NCBI RefSeq assembly: GCF_001945605.1
Contig: NZ_MPKA01000044.1
Coordinates: forward strand, 30,001 to 62,000
Direction: 5' to 3'
From: Dubosiella newyorkensis
Lineage (GTDB): Bacteria; Bacillota_I; Bacilli_A; Erysipelotrichales; Erysipelotrichaceae
DNA: 32,000 bases
Under the pieces are notes generated by a model. It was given only the letters and a program-made list of their open reading frames with translations, made no database searches and was not told where the DNA came from. This document shows, in pieces, positions 9,528 through 15,463 of this stretch (the stretch's first letter is position 1; each line of letters starts with the position of its first letter). The position numbers and the translations under genes are program-made.

Positions 9528-10647
9528 AATCAATGCTCCGTACCGGAACAACGATCATCAATGTCGAATCATCTTCTGGATCGCTGATCTTGATCGGCTT
9601 CAAAACTCCTGTAAAAGAGAGCTCGACTCTAGAAGAACCAAGTGCCTTCAGAGCATCGAGCATATACGATCCATTGCATGTCAAAGTCAGATCTTCGCCA
9701 CCATAGATCGAGCTCAACAATTCTTCTTTCGAATCGCCGATCTCGCTAGAGCGCGTCTTGATCTCTACGATCTTGGGCGTGCACTCTAATTTGATCAAAT
9801 GCACTTTGTCCGTCAAGATAAAATTCGTTCGATCGATAGCGTTCGAAAGTTCTCTAGCATCGATCTGCAGTGTAGAAATAAAGTGTTGCGGAATAATTCG
9901 TTCTACATCCGGAAACGTTCCATCCAGCAAGCGCGTTTGAAAGGTCGTCCCATCAAAAATAAACTGCGCCTTTTTTTGATCCACAAAGATCTGAATGTCT
10001 TCTTCCTCTTGATTGAGCGATTTTACGATCTCGTTGAGCGAACGATTGGAAATCGTGATATTGAATGTATTTTCTTGGGGCAAAGTGATCCTTTTGCGCG
10101 CAAGACGATATGTGTCTGTCGCTGAACAATAAAGGTTTTCTCCTTGCATATTAAAATTGATGCCATTCAAAACAGGACGGCTATCAGAATCCGCGCATGC
10201 AAATCCAGTTTGACGCACGATTTCTTTCAATTGTTTTTTTGAAAGGATGAATTCATTTTGAGGTTGATAAAAATCGATCGATGGATATTCGCTTCCTTCG
10301 ATCCCATTCAAATGGAACGTTCCATGATCGCCTTCGATACGGATCAACGTATCGTCAAACAATTCAAAAGAAACGATCTTGCATTCTAGCTTTCGAATGA
10401 TTTCTAATAGATATTTCGATTCGATGATGATCGATCCTGTAGATTCGATTTTTAATTGATTTTCTTCATTGGGTTCAATGATCGTTTTAATCGAGATCGT
10501 CGAATCGCTTCCCATCAAAATCAAATGATCCGCTTCTACTTGAATACAGATCCCAGATAAAGCGGGCAGCGGAGAATAGGGTGAGATCGCCCGAGCGACA
10601 ATGCTAAGTTGGTCATAAAAGTATTTTCGATCTATGCTGAAATTCAT
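9526..10647 (-). CDS. dnaN: DNA polymerase III beta sliding clamp
   Basis: The 373-aa protein starts MNFSIDRKYFYDQLSIVARAISP, a typical DnaN N-terminus. An AAGGAG SD precedes ATG 10647. The ORF-track extension to 10791 crosses the dnaA-dnaN intergenic origin segment. Confidence 0.95.
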   Translation of the reverse strand: MNFSIDRKYFYDQLSIVARAISPYSPLPALSGICIQVEADHLILMGSDSTISIKTIIEPNEENQLKIESTGSIIIESKYLLEIIRKLECKIVSFELFDDTLIRIEGDHGTFHLNGIEGSEYPSIDFYQPQNEFILSKKQLKEIVRQTGFACADSDSRPVLNGINFNMQGENLYCSATDTYRLARKRITLPQENTFNITISNRSLNEIVKSLNQEEEDIQIFVDQKKAQFIFDGTTFQTRLLDGTFPDVERIIPQHFISTLQIDARELSNAIDRTNFILTDKVHLIKLECTPKIVEIKTRSSEIGDSKEELLSSIYGGEDLTLTCNGSYMLDALKALGSSRVELSFTGVLKPIKISDPEDDSTLMIVVPVRSID

Positions 10648-10790
10648 GTAGACTCCTTTAATATATTTATTTTGTATATAGTAACAACAATAAGGGTGGG
10701 GATATTGGGGAAAACTCTTGAAAACCGAATATCTATGCGATTTTTTTACGATTTTAGCTGGGTATGGATTGGGGAAGCCTGGGGAAATCA
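10648..10790. other. oriC, dnaA-dnaN intergenic half (box cluster plus AT-rich candidate unwinding element)
   Basis: Four box-like 9-mers are present: TGGGGATAT 10697..10705, TGGGGAAAA 10706..10714, TGGGGAAGC 10770..10778 and TGGGGAAAT 10780..10788. The tandem pair abuts GGG and a 3-nt periodic tract (AACAACAATAAG, 10683..10694). An AT-rich stretch follows at about 10658..10683, next to the dnaN start. Confidence 0.7.
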
Positions 10791-12134
10791 CAAAAGCTTC
10801 TCTTTGATCTTATGGACGGCGATCTCGAAGGCTTGATCTTTTTGCATTAGATCTTTCGCCCGGTTATAGGAAGACTGGATCGTCTTATGATCGCGTTTTC
10901 CAAGCTTCTTGCCAATCGTCATATAAGGAAGGTGTAAAAGCTCTCTAGAAAGATAGACACAAATGTGTCGAGCGTTCATGATCGCTTTGAGTCTCGATTT
11001 TCCTTCCAGATCTGAAATGGATAAGCCATAAAATTGCGAGACGGAACGTTTGATCGTCTTCATCGTCAATTCGTTTTTTTGCTCGACGATCGGCTCTTTG
11101 CCTAAATGTTCAGTCGCGAATTTTAGATCGATCACGTCGGGATTGAATAAAGTCGACTGAAAGATCAGACGATTGAGCTTTCCTTCCAGATCGCGGACAT
11201 CCGAAGAATAGGACATCGCCAAATAATCGAGAACTTCATCGGTCACAAGATCTTCTCGTCCATCCAATTTCTTTTTCAAGATCGCTTTACTCGTTTCAAA
11301 GCCTGGTTTCGAGATATTGATCGCTAGGCCAGAAGTAAAGCGCGAAATAAGGCGGGATTGCAGATTGCTCAATTCTTTAGGATGGATATCCGAGGTAATG
11401 ATGATCTGCGAGCCTTTTTCGATCAACTTGTTGTAGACCGTGAAAAAGACCTCCTGGGAAGAGTTGTGCTGCAAATTTTGAATATCGTCGATCAAGAAAT
11501 AATCACAGTCGAGAAGCTGCTCTTTGACTTTATCGACTGTATTTCCATGAATATTCTTTGTCTTCATCGCTTCGATAAGGATCGAAACAAAGTCGCCGCT
11601 ATACATATAGATGACTTTCGCTTCCGGGCGTTCGGCATGAAGATAATTGCCGACCGCATGGAGAAGATGGGTCTTCCCTAATCCAGAATTTCCAAAAAGC
11701 ATCAATGGATTGAACATTGGATGGCTTCCTTGATTGCAGGAGGCAAAACAGGCGGCATACGCTTCTTTGTTGCTGCTGCCTTCGATAAAGTTTTCAAAGG
11801 TATAATTCGGATTGAATTTATTTTCCAGAAGTGTGTTGGTCCTTTGTTCGACGACGACTTCTGGCATCATTTGTTCCATTTCTTTTTGTTCGATCAAGAT
11901 CAATGAAACTGGGTTGCCCCATTCCTCGCTCAAAGTCGCTTCAAATAAGGCCAGCTGCCTTTCCATGATCGCTTTTGTGATCGAGGATCGATACGCGACA
12001 TAGGCGGAATCATTTTCTATCTTGAACAAGGTCGTTTTTTGGATCCATACTTGAAAATCTTGTTCATCGAAATATTGAGCTTCGTGGATCTTCTTTAAAA
12101 CGCTGTCCCAAAGCATTTCTAATGTTGTGGCCAT
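10788..12134 (-). CDS. dnaA: Chromosomal replication initiator protein DnaA
   Basis: The 448-aa protein has Walker A GNSGLGKTHLLHA, Walker B FLIDDIQ, sensor/arginine-finger regions IITSD and RLISRFTSGLAINI, and a C-terminal helix-turn-helix domain. An AAAGGAG SD lies 8 nt upstream of ATG 12134. Confidence 0.97.
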   Translation of the reverse strand: MATTLEMLWDSVLKKIHEAQYFDEQDFQVWIQKTTLFKIENDSAYVAYRSSITKAIMERQLALFEATLSEEWGNPVSLILIEQKEMEQMMPEVVVEQRTNTLLENKFNPNYTFENFIEGSSNKEAYAACFASCNQGSHPMFNPLMLFGNSGLGKTHLLHAVGNYLHAERPEAKVIYMYSGDFVSILIEAMKTKNIHGNTVDKVKEQLLDCDYFLIDDIQNLQHNSSQEVFFTVYNKLIEKGSQIIITSDIHPKELSNLQSRLISRFTSGLAINISKPGFETSKAILKKKLDGREDLVTDEVLDYLAMSYSSDVRDLEGKLNRLIFQSTLFNPDVIDLKFATEHLGKEPIVEQKNELTMKTIKRSVSQFYGLSISDLEGKSRLKAIMNARHICVYLSRELLHLPYMTIGKKLGKRDHKTIQSSYNRAKDLMQKDQAFEIAVHKIKEKLL

Positions 12135-12580
12135 CCTTCTGCTCCTTTCGCTCGTATTGCTAGGTTTTCATTATACACAAAACGAAAAGGGGATAAAAGA
12201 GTTTTTCCCCAAAGGAATGTGTTTTCCCCATATCTGGATTAGGGAGAGTCTTTTCCCCTTGGGGAAAATGGGGAAAAAGAAGGAAAATAATTGGGGAAAA
12301 CTCAAACATATCCCCAATTATTTTTAGAAAGATTTTCTTTTAGGTAAGGAATAATTGATGATTTCCCCACTTATCCCCAAAGGGGTGGATAGGGGAAAAG
12401 TTTTTGTGGTGAAAAAAGGGGAATTTTATTCAGTTTTCCCCCATTTTGTTGAAATGACCAAAATCAAGCATGATATAATTCCCAAAAGAATGGGGAAAAC
12501 TTTCGTCATTTATGCTTTTCTTTTTCCCCTATATTAATATATAGACGGAACTTGGGGAAAAATTTATTAGGAACACTTCA
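12135..12580. other. oriC, dnaA-upstream half (dense array of about 15 non-canonical DnaA-box-like 9-mers)
   Basis: Perfect TTTTCCCCA copies lie at 12203..12211 and 12222..12230. Perfect TGGGGAAAA copies lie at 12260..12268, 12269..12277, 12292..12300, 12491..12499 and 12553..12561. One-mismatch variants lie at 12188, 12251, 12308, 12361, 12371, 12391, 12434 and 12522. The region has no plausible coding sequence and sits between divergent dnaA and rpmH. Confidence 0.8.
12170..12196 (-). promoter_or_regulatory. Candidate dnaA promoter overlapped by a box (autoregulation geometry)
   Basis: The minus-strand -10 TATAAT lies at 12170..12175. The -35 region, 17 nt upstream, is TTTATC and overlaps the box TTATCCCCT (12188..12196). 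Confidence 0.45.
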
Positions 12581-12609
12581 TTGACGATATGTATCGGATT
12601 TGCTATAAT
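12581..12609 (+). promoter_or_regulatory. Sigma-A promoter of rpmH
   Basis: TTGACG (12581..12586) is followed by a 17-nt spacer and TATAAT (12604..12609), about 55 nt upstream of the rpmH ATG. Confidence 0.75.
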
Positions 12610-12663
12610 GGGCAAGCAATCTTATTTGTAAATAAAATAGTAATAGACTGTGGGGTGTAAAGA

Positions 12664-12798
12664 ATGAAAAGAACATATCAGCCAAGTAAGATCAAACACA
12701 AAAGAGTTCATGGTTTCCGTGCACGTATGGCGACAGTTGGTGGGCGTAAAGTTCTAGCTCGCAGAAGAGCAAAAGGTAGAAAGGTATTATCCGCATAG
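12664..12798 (+). CDS. rpmH: 50S ribosomal protein L34
   Basis: This gene falls below the ORF-track size cutoff. The translation [44 protein letters not shown] (44 aa) is near-universal L34 sequence. It sits in the conserved position upstream of rnpA. Confidence 0.95.
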   Translation: MKRTYQPSKIKHKRVHGFRARMATVGGRKVLARRRAKGRKVLSA

Positions 12799-12823
12799 AA
12801 ATCACCAGCAAGGTGATTTTTTT
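12799..12823 (+). terminator. Terminator/attenuator hairpin between rpmH and rnpA
   Basis: AAATCACC (12799..12806) pairs with GGTGATTT (12812..12819) across a 5-nt loop, and the 3' arm runs into T7. It starts immediately after the rpmH stop. Confidence 0.6.
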
Positions 12824-12843
12824 GTCTGGATAGGGATTTTTTC

Positions 12844-13197
12844 ATGAAAAAACAATTTAGAGTATGTAAAAATTATGAATTTGCTTCCATTATCCAGAAT
12901 CGTAAATATTTAAAGTCTAGTGCGTTTGTTTTTTATTATAAACCGAAAAAGCATTCGACAGCCCGGGTAGGGATCAGCGTAGGAAAGAAGCTTGGCAACG
13001 CGGTATGCCGCAACCAAATCAAGCGTCAAGTTCGAAGCATGGTCGATGCTCTCTATGATTTTAATGAAGCGTACGATACGATCTTGATCGTGCGTCCGGT
13101 TTATCAAAAACAAACGTATCAGCAAAATCTAGAAGAACTTAAACGTTCAAAACAAAAAGTCGAAAAACGACAACAAATAGGGAAGGAACAACTATGA
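12844..13197 (+). CDS. rnpA: Ribonuclease P protein component
   Basis: The 117-aa basic protein contains ARVGISVGKKLGNAVCRNQIKRQVR (the RNR-like motif). The gene order is the conserved rpmH-rnpA-yidC. Confidence 0.9.
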   Translation: MKKQFRVCKNYEFASIIQNRKYLKSSAFVFYYKPKKHSTARVGISVGKKLGNAVCRNQIKRQVRSMVDALYDFNEAYDTILIVRPVYQKQTYQQNLEELKRSKQKVEKRQQIGKEQL

Positions 13198-14207
13198 CGC
13201 ATTTTTTACATAAAAAAATGAATATTTTCCTACTTTGCTGTTTTGTATTGCTCGGTTTGTCTGGTTGTTCGAACCCAAGAGGTACGGATGGAAAAACGAA
13301 AGTGGATCAGATCATTGCGAGCGAAAAAATCGAAGTAGAAAAAGATCGAGTCAATGTATCCGATATCACGGATGAAAAACTAAAAAAAGAATACGAAAAA
13401 TTAGGAAAGAACGAAATGATCACGATCGAACCAACTTCGTTCAAGCAAGCGATCTCGCAAAGCTGGTTCGATGGCTTGATCGTTTGGCCGATCGCGCAAT
13501 TGATCAACGTGTTCGCTTCGTGGACCGATGCGGGAATCGGGATCATCTTAGCAACCTTGCTCATTCAGATCATCATTTTCTTCTTCACGCGCAAATCGCA
13601 GATCGCCAACCAGCGGATGCAGCAGATCCAACCGGAGATGAATAAGATCCAAAACAAATATAAGGATAAAAACGATGAGCGTTCCAAAATGATGATGGCT
13701 CAAGAGATGCAGAAGCTCTACTCCAAATACGATATCAATCCATTCGGAACGCTTCTAGTTACATTCATTCAATTGCCAGTCATGATGGGAATGTATTATG
13801 CGACGATGCGGGCAGCCGCTGTCGTATATGGATCTTTTTTAGGAATGCCTCTTTCGGAAACGCCAATGGGCGCGTTTACGACGCTTGGCTCCAGCAATGC
13901 GCAATGGGGACCGGTCATCGTGTATGTATTGATGGTCATTTTCCAGCTTGTCTCTTTACAGTTGCCAAAATGGCTCAAAAAGCTGGATGACAAGAAAAAT
14001 CATGTGAAACAGAAAAAATACATCAAAGACGACAATCCGATGGGCAATACGATGAATACAACGATGTATTTCTCAACAGCGCTGATCGCGTTCATGTATT
14101 TGAGCTGGCCGATCGCCATGTCCTTTTACTGGCTCGTTTCTTCCGTGATTCGTACTTGCCAGACATTATTGATCCATTTTGTGATGACTGATAAAGAAAA
14201 ACACTAG
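13194..14207 (+). CDS. yidC: Membrane protein insertase YidC/SpoIIIJ family (lipoprotein)
   Basis: The 337-aa protein has a lipobox (LLGLSGCS) and multiple TM segments, plus conserved YidC regions (KMMMAQEMQKLYSKYDINPFG, LPVMMGMYYA). Its ATGA start overlaps the rnpA stop. Confidence 0.9.
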   Translation: MTHFLHKKMNIFLLCCFVLLGLSGCSNPRGTDGKTKVDQIIASEKIEVEKDRVNVSDITDEKLKKEYEKLGKNEMITIEPTSFKQAISQSWFDGLIVWPIAQLINVFASWTDAGIGIILATLLIQIIIFFFTRKSQIANQRMQQIQPEMNKIQNKYKDKNDERSKMMMAQEMQKLYSKYDINPFGTLLVTFIQLPVMMGMYYATMRAAAVVYGSFLGMPLSETPMGAFTTLGSSNAQWGPVIVYVLMVIFQLVSLQLPKWLKKLDDKKNHVKQKKYIKDDNPMGNTMNTTMYFSTALIAFMYLSWPIAMSFYWLVSSVIRTCQTLLIHFVMTDKEKH

Positions 14208-14217
14208 GAGTAAGCGT

Positions 14218-14847
14218 ATGGAATATCAGAAATTTATTGGAAAAACACTTGAAGAGGCGCTACAGAAAGCCGCGAGCGAAAAAGAAGTCAGCGTCGAAGA
14301 ATTGACCTATACAGTCACCGAAGAAAAAGCAGGTTTCCTTGGTATTGGAAAAACAGTGGAGATCCAAGTCTTCTGCAATAAGGATATCCAAAAATTTATT
14401 CATGACTATATCCAGACGTATTTTGATAATACCGATCTAGATGGCGAAACATCTGTGGAAATCGATGATGATGATTTCTATCGTGTTCAAGTGAATACGA
14501 GCAACAACGCGATCTTGATTGGAAAAAACGGCAAGACGCTTCAATCGTTCAATCGTCTTGTCAAAGCGGCAGCAAGCGCCGAATTTAAAAAACGGATCCG
14601 TTTATTGATCGATGTCAATGGCTACAAAGAAGAAAGATACGACAAGATCTGCCGAATGGCGATCCGCGTCGCCAAAGATGTTCGCCGAACAAAAGTCGAT
14701 GCCGAACTTGATCCAATGCCAGCTGACGAGCGAAAAGCGATCCATAACGCGCTTTCAAAAATGGAAGATATATCCACGCACTCGCAAGGCGAAGGCGTAA
14801 ATCGCCATCTGTGTATTTTATATACACCAGGAAAAGAAGTTGAATAA
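14218..14847 (+). CDS. jag: Jag/KhpB RNA-binding protein (Jag_N, KH and R3H domains)
   Basis: The 209-aa protein has the N-terminus FIGKTLEEALQKAASEKEVSVEELTYTVTEE..GFLGIG. The C-terminal region PMPADERKAIHNAL is R3H-like. It sits in the conserved position after yidC. Confidence 0.85.
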   Translation: MEYQKFIGKTLEEALQKAASEKEVSVEELTYTVTEEKAGFLGIGKTVEIQVFCNKDIQKFIHDYIQTYFDNTDLDGETSVEIDDDDFYRVQVNTSNNAILIGKNGKTLQSFNRLVKAAASAEFKKRIRLLIDVNGYKEERYDKICRMAIRVAKDVRRTKVDAELDPMPADERKAIHNALSKMEDISTHSQGEGVNRHLCILYTPGKEVE

Positions 14848-14872
14848 GTGGGAAGAGCTTCCCACTTTTTTT
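14846..14872 (+). terminator. Rho-independent terminator after jag
   Basis: AAGTGGGAA pairs with TTCCCACTT in a 9-bp stem with a GAGC loop, followed by a T run to 14872. Confidence 0.8.
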
Positions 14873-14889
14873 CGTAGGAGGAATAGAGT

Positions 14890-15450
14890 ATGAAAATCAT
14901 AGTAGGATTAGGAAATCCCGGAACAAAATATGAAAATACACGCCATAACGCCGGATTTATGGCGATCGATCGACTCGCAAAAAAATGGAATCTAGACTGG
15001 AACCAAGAAAAATTCAACGCCAAATTTATAAAGACGAAACAAAATGGCGAAGATGTGATCTTGCTCAAACCCTTGACGTATATGAACGAAAGCGGTTTCG
15101 CGCTCCGCGAATGCCTTGACTTTTACAAAAGCGGCAGCGAGGATGTCTTGATCCTTTATGATGATGTCGACCTTCCTGTAGGAAAGATCCGTCTAAGACA
15201 GAAAGGCAGCGCAGGAGGCCATAATGGCATTAAAAGCATCATCTCTTGCATCTTTACGCAAGAATTCGATCGGATCCGTATCGGCGTAGGAAAAGATCCT
15301 AAGATCCCAATGGTCAACTGGGTATTAGGAAAGTTCAAAGCGGATGAAAAAAATGAACTCGATCACGCCTTACAAGAAGCAAGCGAAGCTGCAGCGTATT
15401 CGATCGATCATAATTTTGCTCAAACGATGAATCAATTCAATAAAAAATAA
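14890..15450 (+). CDS. pth: Peptidyl-tRNA hydrolase
   Basis: The 186-aa protein starts MKIIVGLGNPGTKYENTRHNAGF and contains GSAGGHNGIKS. An AGGAGG SD lies upstream. Confidence 0.95.
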   Translation: MKIIVGLGNPGTKYENTRHNAGFMAIDRLAKKWNLDWNQEKFNAKFIKTKQNGEDVILLKPLTYMNESGFALRECLDFYKSGSEDVLILYDDVDLPVGKIRLRQKGSAGGHNGIKSIISCIFTQEFDRIRIGVGKDPKIPMVNWVLGKFKADEKNELDHALQEASEAAAYSIDHNFAQTMNQFNKK

Positions 15451-15463
15451 AGGATGGCAACTC

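Noticed and set aside
12127-12537. Two ORFs of 66 aa and 60 aa (12127..12327 and 12355..12537) lie in the dnaA-rpmH intergenic region. Their translations are rich in GK, WGK and FPH motifs.
   Set aside because: Their peculiar composition is simply the translation of the repeated GGGGAAAA/TTTTCCCC boxes. They have no SD, and the location is oriC. They are not coding.
12188-12561. The repeated GGGGAAAA motif array might be a CRISPR array or another interspersed repeat.
   Set aside because: The repeat unit is only 9 bp, occurs in both orientations and has irregular spacing of 0-90 bp. No cas genes are present. It fits DnaA-box clusters, not CRISPR.
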